Program-made: the position numbers and the translations under genes
Assembly: GCA_963701965.1 (NCBI GenBank)
Contig: OY969695.1
Location: forward strand, 448,001 to 512,000
Length of the DNA: 64,000 nucleotides
Direction of reading: 5' to 3'
Source of the DNA: an uncultured Gemmatimonadales bacterium
GTDB taxonomy: Bacteria; Gemmatimonadota; Gemmatimonadetes; Gemmatimonadales; Gemmatimonadaceae
The notes under the pieces: model-generated
Seen by the model: only the letters and a program-made list of their open reading frames with translations
Told to the model about the DNA's origin: nothing
The model's database searches: none
In this document: positions 23,971 through 33,847 of the stretch, in pieces
Layout of the letters: each line of letters starts with the position of its first letter
How positions within the stretch are numbered: position 1 is the first letter of the stretch

Positions 23971-24465
23971 CATGGCGGGATGCCGCGAAACAGCGGGTGC
24001 GAGAGGAACGACTGCAAGCCAACCACTCGGCGACGTGCCGTGCAGCACCGTCGGTCCGGCGTGCGTCGCGACGTCGCCGATGATTCAGCGGCGACGACGA
24101 GCAGGAACTTGTTGAACGACGACCGGGCCGACGACGTTGCTGCCCGTTCTTCATCGGCCCCAGCCGGACCCACTGCGACAGGTCGGTGTGTCGTGGCCCA
24201 GGCGACGTACGCCGCGTACGGTCCCAAGGATGTGGGGGCTGGGCAGGCCGTTCGCCGTGATCTGGACGTCGTAGCTGCGCACGGCCGTCGGCGTGTCACG
24301 CCAACGCCGAACGGCGATGCCGAGAACACCAGACGCGCGTGCCCGTGCGCGTCCGGCGCTTTCGGCGTGGAGAAGAGCGGGATGTCGAACGGGCCGGCCG
24401 CGCACGGCAGGCGCGGGGACGCGCCGGCCGAGCACAGATGCTCACCAGCGCGGCTACGTCGTGCA
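23970..24465 (-). pseudogene. Hypothetical protein upstream of the multicopper oxidase, frameshifted
   Basis: Coding-like fragments (ARLVFSASPFGV, YVAWAT, NKFLLVVAAE, SHPLFRGIPP*) across frames; bounds approximate. Confidence 0.45.
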
Positions 24466-25850
24466 TCGGACTGCACGAAATCGGCGCTGTGGACTGGCCC
24501 GTGGTCGTAGTCCTGCACGCTCGAGATGTTCGGCATGCCGAAGTCGTTGCCGTTCCAGCCGTTGAAGCCATCCATCTTGAAGAGCCAGAGACCGGTGCGC
24601 ATGTCGGAGATCACGATCAGTCCGTCGTGGTTGCGGACGTCGACGCCGAACGCGCCCTGCATCGACGCTGGTCGTGCTCTGCCACCCGTTGTCCTGCGTG
24701 CCGCCGAAGCCGTGCTCGTGCTCGCACTCGCACGTGAAGTAGTGGCCTTCGGTCTCGGGTGCTTCGGATCCTTGAGATTGAAGATCTGCAGGCCGTCCTC
24801 GTACGCCGACACGAACACGAACGGCCAGCGGACCTCGTGGTTGTGCGACAGGTCGCGCCAGTCGGCCGTCCACGCGCTGATCGGCGTGTCGATGTTCTGC
24901 GCTTGCCCGACTGTCCTCGGCTCAGAGTCCCAGATGCGGAGCGGCGTGTACTGGTACTCCGTCTCGGTCACCGCGTAGTTGCCGTCGGGCGACGGCGTGA
25001 ACGTGTGGGCGACGTCCATGCCGAGGCTCGTGATCGTGAAGAGCTGCTTCGGGCGTCTCGGGCTTGGTGACGTCCCACACCGAGAAGCCGCCCAGGCCGG
25101 CACCGTAGAACTTGTCCTGGTGCGTGGCCGGATCGTAGCCGACGTAGAAGTCGTGGTAGCCGCCGCGCGCCGATCTGCTTGAACGGCGTGGGATTCGGGA
25201 CATCGCCGACCATCGCCGTGCTGCGGGTCCGCGCCCGCGACGATCTTGTCCAGGTCATAGATCACCGCCTTCGACGTCGTTGACCGTCACGAAGTACAGG
25301 ACGCGGCCATCGGAGTGCTTGTAGGCGAACGTGTTGTGGAAGCCGCCCGAGCGACTGCGGGTACTTGATGCGCGCGACGACCTTGACCTTGTTCGGGTCG
25401 GGCAGACCCGGTGACGTCGAAGATGACGGCGCCGAGGTCCTGCATCGGGGCTGCCCTGCATGAACTGGAACGACTGCGCGTAGTAGTAACTTGCCGCCTT
25501 GATCTTGAAGTACTTGCCGTCCATCGCGCCGATGCCGCGGTGCAGCTCGGGGTTCTCGATGGTCCAGTCGTAAGATCTTCTTCGGGCTCGCCGTGATTGC
25601 TGATGTCGTAGATCTGCGCGTCGTAGTTCACGAAGCCGCAGACGTACACGTACGGGCGATTCGGATCCTGCTCGATCTCGATATCCGCCGCTTTCCATGG
25701 CCCTGGGTGCGCCTCAATGTGGGCGAGGTTATGCATCTTTTCGCTCCCGCCGCGTTTCTGCGCGAAATCGACGACCGACGCGCCTGGGTCTTGCGCGCGG
25801 GCAATGGAGGCGACCCCGAAGAGCGCCAGTAAGACAGAGAGTCTACGCAT
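24454..25850 (-). pseudogene. Secreted LVIVD-repeat (beta-propeller) protein, multiply frameshifted
   Basis: Signal peptide MRRLSVLLALFG...AQ; GGFHNTF, AHTFTP, SHNHEV, SAYEDGLQIF and GAFGVD fragments in shifting frames. Confidence 0.65.
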
Positions 25851-26043
25851 GAAGCATCCGGTTATGAGTGGCGGCGAGTGAGACGCGGTCCCACTTTTTG
25901 ATTGCCGGCGGGCCACAGGATCTCGACGGTCGAGTATAGTCCGCCCCAAAAGACCGGACAAGCCATTCGGGCAGCTTGCACCGCACGCTAACCCGGACGG
26001 TTTCGGATGTAGTCACTTGGCGTCAAGCCGTCCAGCCCTCCCA

Positions 26044-26092
26044 TAAACATGGAGCGGCACCGCGAGTCTCCCCGCAGGCCGCTCCATGTTTA
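26044..26092 (-). terminator. Probable intrinsic terminator
   Basis: Perfect 15-bp inverted repeat taaacatggagcggc / gccgctccatgttta just downstream of the stop at 26105. Confidence 0.7.
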
Positions 26093-26104
26093 GTAAGGGG
26101 CAGC

Positions 26105-27967
26105 TTAGCGCGCTACGCTCGCGATCTCCCGCACTTCCGCCGCCAGCCGGCGCACCTTGGCAGGATCGCCCGCGCCTTGCGCATCGCCGTCAAGCTGCGT
26201 AGCCAACTGGTTCAGCGCTGCGCTCCGTTGGTCGCCGTGCAGACCTTCCGCGCTCTTGAGGCTGGCTGAGACAGCGATCGTGCGATCCGCCGGCAAGCCG
26301 TGGTTCCGCACCAACTGATCGACGTAGGCGCGGGCGACGACGAACGCCGCGGGCCAAACGAACTTCGGCTGGTCTTGGACGTTCAAGAAGTCGAAGTGCA
26401 CGAGCTTGGCTGCGTCGATCTCGTTCTGCGACATGAGGGGGCTCGCCTTGAGCTCGAAGATGTCGAGGCCGCGCGAGATCTCGGAGCCGACGATGTAGCC
26501 GTTGTACCAGTACGTCGACCAATAGCCGGCATCCACGAGCTTGGTCGAGTCCATGGGGCCGCGGTCGAAATACGCGATCTCCTTCGGGTGCGACGGGTCG
26601 GTCCAGTCGAAGATCGAAACGCCGCCCTGATACCAGGCCTGCACCATGACGTCGCGGCCCGGGATGGGGATGAGCGAGCCGTTGTGCGCGACGCAATTTT
26701 CGTTCACGGTCTGCGGCGCGCTCATCTTGTAGTAGCTGGTGAACGTCATCTGGCCATCGTTCTTGAGCTGGAAGAGGGCGTCGGCCCCCCACTCGTGCTT
26801 GTCCGTCGCCCGGCAGCGCGGCTGGCTGCCACCGCCCCACTCGTCGGAGAACAGGACCTGGGTGCCGTCGTTGTTGAACGTCGCCGAGTGCCAGAAGGAC
26901 ATGTTGGAGTCGGCGACGGCGCCGATGCGCTTCGGGTGGGCCGGGTCGTGGATGTCGAGGATCAAGCCCATGCCGCCGCACGCGCCGCCGGCGAGACCGA
27001 TCGCCGGGTAGACCGTGATGTCGTGACACTGATTGATGCTGCGCGGCATCTGCGGCCGGCGCGGACCGCCGGCGGCGTTGCGGGCCGCGGTGCGGGCCGC
27101 GGCGAGGGCCGAGTCTTCCGGCGACTCGCGGTGACGGGCGACGGTGCCGAGGCCGTTGGCGTCACCGTTCGACGCATTGGAGAAGATGCGCGGCGAGCTG
27201 ACGATCGCGGCCTGCTCCGGATGGGCGAGCGGCACTTTGATGACTTCGATGCGGAACAATGCGCTGTTCGCGTCTTCTTCTGGCATCGCGCCGGAGCATC
27301 CGGTGAGCTCGTTCGGCGAGCGCACGGCGGCCATACCGGAGACGTAGATATAGACGTTCGACTTGTCGTTCGGATCATCGACCACGGTGTGCGTGTGCGA
27401 GCCGCGGCACGTCTGGACCATCGTCACCGCTTTCGGATTACTGATGTCGGTGATGTCGAAGATCCGGATCCCGCGGGCACGGTCGTGACTCACGCTGTCC
27501 GCCACACCGCCCAAGCCGCAGTCGGTCCGGCCGTTGTTGGCCTCGGCCGACACGAAGAGCAGGTGGCCGTAGACGGACACGTCGCTCTGAGAGCCCGGGC
27601 AGACGTATGATGTCTTGAGCGTGGGGTGGCTCGGGTTCGAGATATCCCACACTTGATAGCCGCTATAGTTGCCCTGCATCACGTAGTTGCCGAAGAACGC
27701 CAGGTCGGAGTTGGTGAGGCGCGCTTCGCCCGGCGTGCTGGGGCTCAGGAACTTCTCCGACGGCTTCGTATTCGAGACCAGCTTGAGGTTCCAAATCGCC
27801 TCCCCCGCGTCCCACCATCCGGCCTTGAGGCCGACGCGCGGATCCGGGCTTGGGGCGCTCGCGGACTCGGAGGGCGACGGCGCGCCGCCGGCCGACGTGG
27901 ACGACGAGTGGGCGCACGCGGCGGACGCGAGCCCGACAGAGAACGCCAACAACGCTTTCGGTCTCAT
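26105..27967 (-). CDS. LVIVD-repeat lipoprotein
   Basis: AAC lipobox; NSDLAF, WDISNP, FDITD, GSHTHT, CHDITV, WHSATF, CVAHNG. Confidence 0.82.
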   Translation of the reverse strand: MRPKALLAFSVGLASAACAHSSSTSAGGAPSPSESASAPSPDPRVGLKAGWWDAGEAIWNLKLVSNTKPSEKFLSPSTPGEARLTNSDLAFFGNYVMQGNYSGYQVWDISNPSHPTLKTSYVCPGSQSDVSVYGHLLFVSAEANNGRTDCGLGGVADSVSHDRARGIRIFDITDISNPKAVTMVQTCRGSHTHTVVDDPNDKSNVYIYVSGMAAVRSPNELTGCSGAMPEEDANSALFRIEVIKVPLAHPEQAAIVSSPRIFSNASNGDANGLGTVARHRESPEDSALAAARTAARNAAGGPRRPQMPRSINQCHDITVYPAIGLAGGACGGMGLILDIHDPAHPKRIGAVADSNMSFWHSATFNNDGTQVLFSDEWGGGSQPRCRATDKHEWGADALFQLKNDGQMTFTSYYKMSAPQTVNENCVAHNGSLIPIPGRDVMVQAWYQGGVSIFDWTDPSHPKEIAYFDRGPMDSTKLVDAGYWSTYWYNGYIVGSEISRGLDIFELKASPLMSQNEIDAAKLVHFDFLNVQDQPKFVWPAAFVVARAYVDQLVRNHGLPADRTIAVSASLKSAEGLHGDQRSAALNQLATQLDGDAQGAGDPAKVRRLAAEVREIASVAR

Positions 27968-27997
27968 GGGTAATTCGGCTAAAGGAGGATGGGAGGA

Positions 27998-28618
27998 CTA
28001 CTGACCTTCGAGCATCTCGTGCATCCGGTCGATCTCGGTCGTCTGATCGGCCTGGACGTCGGTGGCGAACTTGAAGATGCGGTCGTCCTGACCGGCGCCA
28101 TGCGCGCGGAAGAGCTTGTCGACCATGGTGATCGCGCCCGTATGATGCTGGATCATGAACGTGAGAAAGAGGCGATCGAACTCCGGGCCCCGGGCGTGAT
28201 CCAGCTGGGCCATCTGCTCCGGGGTGAGCATCCCCGGCATCAAGGTCATGCCGGCCATTCCCGCCATGTTCATGTCGGCTTTGGGATCCGGGACGGTCTG
28301 ATGACGGTCGCGTAGCCATCGCTGCATGCTCGCGATCTCGTCGCCTTGCCCAACGACAATGCGCTCGCAGAGGACCTGGACATCCCTCCGTGCGCCGTGG
28401 CTCGGCGCCCAGTTGGCCATGACGATGGCCTGGGCATGGTGGTGGATCATGCCCTGCATGAACTCGACGTCAGCCGGCGTGTAGGGCTCGATCCCCTTTT
28501 CGGCCGCCGCCGTGGCCGCTGGCGATGCGCCAGCCTCCTGGGCCTGGACTGTGGTGGCGCCCAAGCCGGCGATGGCGAGGATCGCGAGCATGTGGGGCGC
28601 ACGCAAGCCGTTCTTCAT
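27998..28618 (-). CDS. DUF305 family secreted protein
   Basis: Signal peptide; FMQGMIHHHAQA and FMIQHHTGA double-His motifs. Confidence 0.88.
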   Translation of the reverse strand: MKNGLRAPHMLAILAIAGLGATTVQAQEAGASPAATAAAEKGIEPYTPADVEFMQGMIHHHAQAIVMANWAPSHGARRDVQVLCERIVVGQGDEIASMQRWLRDRHQTVPDPKADMNMAGMAGMTLMPGMLTPEQMAQLDHARGPEFDRLFLTFMIQHHTGAITMVDKLFRAHGAGQDDRIFKFATDVQADQTTEIDRMHEMLEGQ

Positions 28619-28778
28619 GCTCCTGTCTCTCCGGATCTGACGGTCAACTGTCTTGAACGTTTGGCCCCAATGAATCGTTGACACATGGGCGGGAGGGTCG
28701 TTACACACCCGTTTGCCCACTCTTGCCATCCGTCCGGGATCGCGCACTATTCGGCGATACCGTCGAGAAGGTGACCTC

Positions 28779-29066
28779 ATGCCGAACGGCTCCAGCGGCT
28801 GGCCAAACCTGTACTCCGTGAACGGGCCCCCCGCGGCCCTCGCGGCGCTCCTCGCTATTCCCGGCATCACGTTCGACGACCACGGGCAGTTCGTGCTCCC
28901 CGACGGCACGCTCGCGCTCACGGCCTATGCCACATCTGACGCCGTGACCGCCGCCCAGGCGGCACAACCCGGCGTGACGATCGAGTTGGTGCTCACCGGG
29001 GACCAACTGCAGCAACAACGGGAAGCCGAGATCGCCAGTCGAGAGGGAGGCGGGGGCGTTGCCTAG
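28779..29066 (+). CDS. 95-aa protein resembling an M14 carboxypeptidase activation (pro) domain
   Basis: AAGGTG before ATG; overlaps the peptidase start; size and apparent beta-alpha-beta-beta-alpha-beta pattern (inferred). Confidence 0.55.
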   Translation: MPNGSSGWPNLYSVNGPPAALAALLAIPGITFDDHGQFVLPDGTLALTAYATSDAVTAAQAAQPGVTIELVLTGDQLQQQREAEIASREGGGGVA

Positions 29067-30402
29067 CTACCTCAGGGCCGACGACATCACGACCCGCCTG
29101 CAAGCCGCCGCGGCCCGGCCGGAGAACCTCTGCACGTTCGGCACGTGCCCGAACGCGACGCCCGGAGACCCGGCCAACAACATCGCCGGACGCAACCCGC
29201 CCTTCGTGGAGATTCACGCCACCACGACCCCGGCCACGCCACGAACCGTGGTCGTGGTGACCGGCGGGGTCCACGCGCGCGAGTGGGCACCACCCGACGC
29301 GCTGGTGAGCTTCGTCGAGAAAATGCTGGACACCAAGGGCACGGACCCCGCGTCGTACCCGTTGCTCACCCAGAATTCGCCGCCCTCTCTCCCTTTCCCG
29401 ACATCCCCTGACACGCCGATCCTCTATCCGGCGTTCACCATGAATGCGCGGAGCGTGCAGCGCATTTTCAACAATATCGATCTCTACATCGCGCCCTTGA
29501 TGAACCCCGACGGGCGGGAGTTCAGCCGAATGCCCCAGTCGATCGTGTCCTGGTGGCGCAAGAATCGGCGCGGGAATGCCGGGCAATGCCTCGACACGCT
29601 CGGCAACGACCAAGGAATCGGCGTCGACATCAATCGCAATTTCGATATCGGGTGGGAGTTCACCACCCTCTACGCGTCATCGTTCCAATCACAGATCAAG
29701 GCGGTCGCGACCGCCTGCCCGGGGCCACCAACCTCTAACGTACAGCACGACGCGGGCGAGACGTTCCGCGGATCGGTCAAAATGGACGAGCCCGAAGTCA
29801 AGAACATGGACTGGCTCCAGAAAAAGGGCGCGCGCGTGTTCTGCGACGTGCATTCGGCCGGACCGCGTATCGTCTATCCCTGGGGTCTGGCCAACGGCAA
29901 TCAGTCGAAGTTTCCAAAACAGAACATCAAGAACCAGAGCCTGGACGGCACACGCGACGGGACGTACGCGGAGTTCGTCCCGACGGCCACCTTGGCCCGG
30001 ATGTACGTGCTCGGCGGACGCATGCAGCACTGCGTTCGCGGCACGCAAACGCTGGATCCCCGTCTCGACTCGGCAAAGGATCCATCCCGGCAGCGATTCA
30101 CGGGTGAGTACGACGTGAGCTCGTCGGGTCAGGGGCTCTACGTCGCGCCGGGCGCAGGCGAAGACTACCACTTCAGCCGGCAGTTCACGGTCAATGCCTC
30201 ATCCACGGAGAAGGCCGCTCCGCCCGAGCTCTTCGCGTACACCATCGAGTGCGGCAGCCAGGCGCAGGGCAGTTTCTGGCCTGACCGTACCTTCGAATTT
30301 CCGAAAATCGAGCGCGAGGTCCACGCGGCCCTCTGGGGCATGCTCTCGTTCATCGCGTCCCCGGCGTTCACCCTTCCGATCACCTGGCCGATCGGCCCGT
30401 GA
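29059..30402 (+). CDS. M14 family zinc metallocarboxypeptidase
   Basis: GVHAREW, NPDG, WRKNR, GVDINRNF, DVHS, YTIE catalytic motifs; no signal peptide. Confidence 0.92.
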   Translation: MPSYLRADDITTRLQAAAARPENLCTFGTCPNATPGDPANNIAGRNPPFVEIHATTTPATPRTVVVVTGGVHAREWAPPDALVSFVEKMLDTKGTDPASYPLLTQNSPPSLPFPTSPDTPILYPAFTMNARSVQRIFNNIDLYIAPLMNPDGREFSRMPQSIVSWWRKNRRGNAGQCLDTLGNDQGIGVDINRNFDIGWEFTTLYASSFQSQIKAVATACPGPPTSNVQHDAGETFRGSVKMDEPEVKNMDWLQKKGARVFCDVHSAGPRIVYPWGLANGNQSKFPKQNIKNQSLDGTRDGTYAEFVPTATLARMYVLGGRMQHCVRGTQTLDPRLDSAKDPSRQRFTGEYDVSSSGQGLYVAPGAGEDYHFSRQFTVNASSTEKAAPPELFAYTIECGSQAQGSFWPDRTFEFPKIEREVHAALWGMLSFIASPAFTLPITWPIGP

Positions 30403-30414
30403 AATTGTCGCACC

Positions 30415-33400
30415 GTGGCCAATGATACCATAGGCGTCCTGGCAACCGAGCTGGCGCAAGTTTTTCAGCCGCTCGAGACACGCCTCGCGTCGGGAAATGT
30501 CATCAGCCTCTTCGCGGAGCTCGGACTCGCCTTTCCGCCCGCGCTCACGGCTCAGGCCGGCGTCTCCAACGCGCTGACGCAGGCGACGACCGCCGTCACC
30601 GCCCTCCCGGCGCTCATCACGCAGCTCGACACGGCGATCAGCGCCAATGACGTCGCCCAGATCGTCGCGGCCATCGGCAAGCTGCTGCAAGCCGCCGCCG
30701 AGGTCTTGACCGCGATCGACGCGATCGCCTCGGCGATCGACGCCGCGGCTTCTTCCCTCCCGGGCCTCACACCGGCCGACGTCAGCGCGTTCGCGGGCGA
30801 GCTGGCCGACGCGCTCCTGGGCTACGTCGTCGTCTCGTACCTGGAGAGCTACTACCCGCGACTGCGCGCCTGCCTCGCGCTGTTCGGCATCATCGAGGCG
30901 ACACCACAGAACACGACGTCGACGGATCCGACGAAACCGCCCTACACCCAGCGCCGCGATCCATCTCGACGCCCTTCCCAATCTGCTCAAGAAGCCGCTC
31001 GACTTCCTCACGTCCGAGTATGGCTGGAACACACCGGGCTTCGACGGCACGCTCCTGCTGGACCGCGGCGCCGACGTCCTCTACGCGTTCGCTGTTCCGG
31101 CGAAGTACGCCAAAGCAACGGCGACGACGCCGCCGTCGATTCGCGTCTTGCTGCTGTCCCTCACCACCAACGCGGCGCTCTCGCCGCCCGGCCTCCGACT
31201 GGCGGTCGAGATTGGCCTCACCGACGGATTCACGATCACGGTGCCGTTCTTTATGGACGGGTGGTCGATCCAGATCGTCGGCAAGGGCGCGCTCGCCACG
31301 GGGCTCGCGGTCGACATCGCGCCGCCCAGCACGATCACGCTCGTGCCGCCGAGCGGAACGCTCGATGGCCAGCTGTGGTTCAATCTCGTCGGCGCACCGG
31401 TCGCCCCGGCGACGACCCTGCCGATCTTCGGCGCCGCGGGCAGCATCGCCGTCCAGGCCGGCGGCATTACCGCGGGAATCGGCGCCGACTTCTCCTGGGA
31501 CGCGGCCAACAACCACGCCACCGGCGAGATGGCGATCCAGGCCGGTGTCTCGAAGGGCCAAGTCGTCATCAAGTCGTCCGACGTCGACAGCTTCCTTTCG
31601 TCGCTGCTGCCACCGGACGGCCTGACCGCCAATTTCGATTTCACCGTCGGGTGGTCCGGCTCGAAAGGCGTCTACTTCACGGGCAGCGCGGGCCTCGAGA
31701 CCACGATCGCCCTCAACCTGTCGATTGGCCCGCTCACGATTCCCACGCTGTACGTGGCGATCGACATCTCGAGCGCCGGACAGCTCTCACTCGAAGCAAG
31801 CGTCGCCGCCGGAGCGACATTGGGACCCATCGCGGCCTCTGTCGATCGGATCGGCGCGTTGGCCACGCTCGCGTTCCAAAAAGGCAACCTGGGCCCCGTC
31901 GACCTGTCGATCGGCTTCAAGCCACCGACCGGACTGGGCATCAGCATCGACGCCGGCCCGATCACGGGCGGCGGATTCATCTCGTACGACCCGCCGAGCG
32001 GTCGTTACTCCGGCATCCTGTCGCTTTCGCTGTACGGGATCTCGATCACCGCGATCGGGCTCCTCGACACGAAGCTCCCCGACGGGCAGTCCGGCTACTC
32101 GTTCCTGATCATCATCAGCGCCACGTTCACGCCGATCCAACTCTCGTTCGGATTCACGCTGAACGGCGTCGGCGGGCTCTGTGGCGTCAATCGCTCGATG
32201 ATCACCGATGCGATCCAGGCCGGCCTCAAGACCGGGTCGATCTCGGACATCCTGTTCCCGCCGGACCCTGTCGCCGACGCGCCGCAGATCATCTCGGAGC
32301 TGAGCACGATCTTCCCGCCGGCGACCGGTCAGTACGTCTTCGGCCCGATCCTCGAGCTGGGCTGGGGCACGCCGTCACTGATCACCGCCAAGCTGGGCGT
32401 GATCATCGAGCTGCCCAACCCGATCGTGATCGCGATTCTCGGCCAGTTGAGCATGGCGCTCCCCACCGAGGACGACGCGCTCGTCGAAATCCACGTCGAC
32501 GTGCTCGGCGTCCTCGACGTCGCCAAGCAGCTCTTCGAGATCATCGCCGACATCTACGACTCGCGGATTGTCACGTTCACGATCTCGGGCGGCATGGCGC
32601 TCATGCTCACCTGGGGCGATGACGCGAACTTCATTTTCTCGGTGGGCGGATTCAATCCGCACTACCAGCCGCCCGCGGGTTTTCCCTCCGTCGATCGCAT
32701 CACGCTCGCCCTGGGCTCGGGCGACGATCTCCGCCTCACGCTCCAGGCGTACCTCGCGGTCACCAGCAATTCGTTCCAGATCGGCGCCAAGCTCGAGCTG
32801 TACATGGGCTTGAGCTCGTTCAACATCGACGGCTGGCTCGGGTTCAATGCGCTGATCACGTACTCGCCATTCTCGTTTATCGTCGACTTCACGGCGGGAT
32901 TGGCGCTGCGCAGCGGCACCAGCGTGCTGATGGGCATCTCCGTGAACGGCACGCTGTCGGGACCCACGCCGTGGCACGCCGAAGGCGAGGCGAGCATCTC
33001 GATCCTGTTCTTCTCGATCAGCGCCCACGTCAGCTTCACGATCGGGAATGCGCAGTCCAACCCGCTGCCGTCGATTAATGCCTGGACGCCACTGCAAGCG
33101 GCGATTCAACTCCCGGGCAACTGGACGGGCGCTCTCCCCGCTGACGTCCAACAGATCGCGACGCTATCGCCACCGGAGAAGAACGCCGCCCCCATTCTGA
33201 TCGACCCCAGCGGGACGCTCACCTTTCAGCAGAAGGTACTGCCGCTCGACCAACCGCTCGACACGGTCGGGAACGCGATCCCCGAGCAGCAGAGTGAGTT
33301 CGACCTCGCCGGTGTCACCCTGGGTGGGGCCTCCGTGCCGTATACCGTCATCGAGGGCGAGTTCGCGCCGGGTCAGTACCGCAACCTGTCCGACGGCGAC

Positions 33401-33847
33401 AAGCTCTCGCTCCCCTCGTTCGAGCCAATGGATGCGGGTTTCACCGTGGGCGGCGGGACGGTCGATTTCGGCAAGCAGTACGACGTCAACATCGTCTATG
33501 AGACGACCATCATCGATCGGACCCGCCCGATTCTCGCGCTCCCGTATCAAATCGCGCGCGATGACACGCTGGCCTGGGCGAAGGCCGGCGCCGCGGCCCA
33601 CGCGCCGCTCCGTACGACGGGCTTGGCCGCGTCCATGCCGGATCCTCGCGCGCCCAAGCTGGTCACGATGCCCGCCGAGCAGTACGTGATCGTCAGCACG
33701 GTCGATCTCACCCCGCGTCCGGACATCGCCGCCGCCGGCACCAAAGGCGACACCTTCGCCGCCCTGTCGGCGCACGTGGCCCGGAACCCGGCGGACCAAG
33801 GCACGCTGCAGGTCATCCCACTCTACGAGCTCGCGGAGGTCGCATGA
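30415..33847 (+). CDS. Large DUF6603-like protein (~1143 aa), one frameshift at ~30955
   Basis: ORF 30415 frame joins ORF 31148 frame if one C is removed (cag cgc [c] gcg atc cat); FKPPTGLG, GGLCGVNR, SVGGFNPHY, AYLAVTSNSFQIGA, LSGPTPW motifs recalled from DUF6603. Confidence 0.7.
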
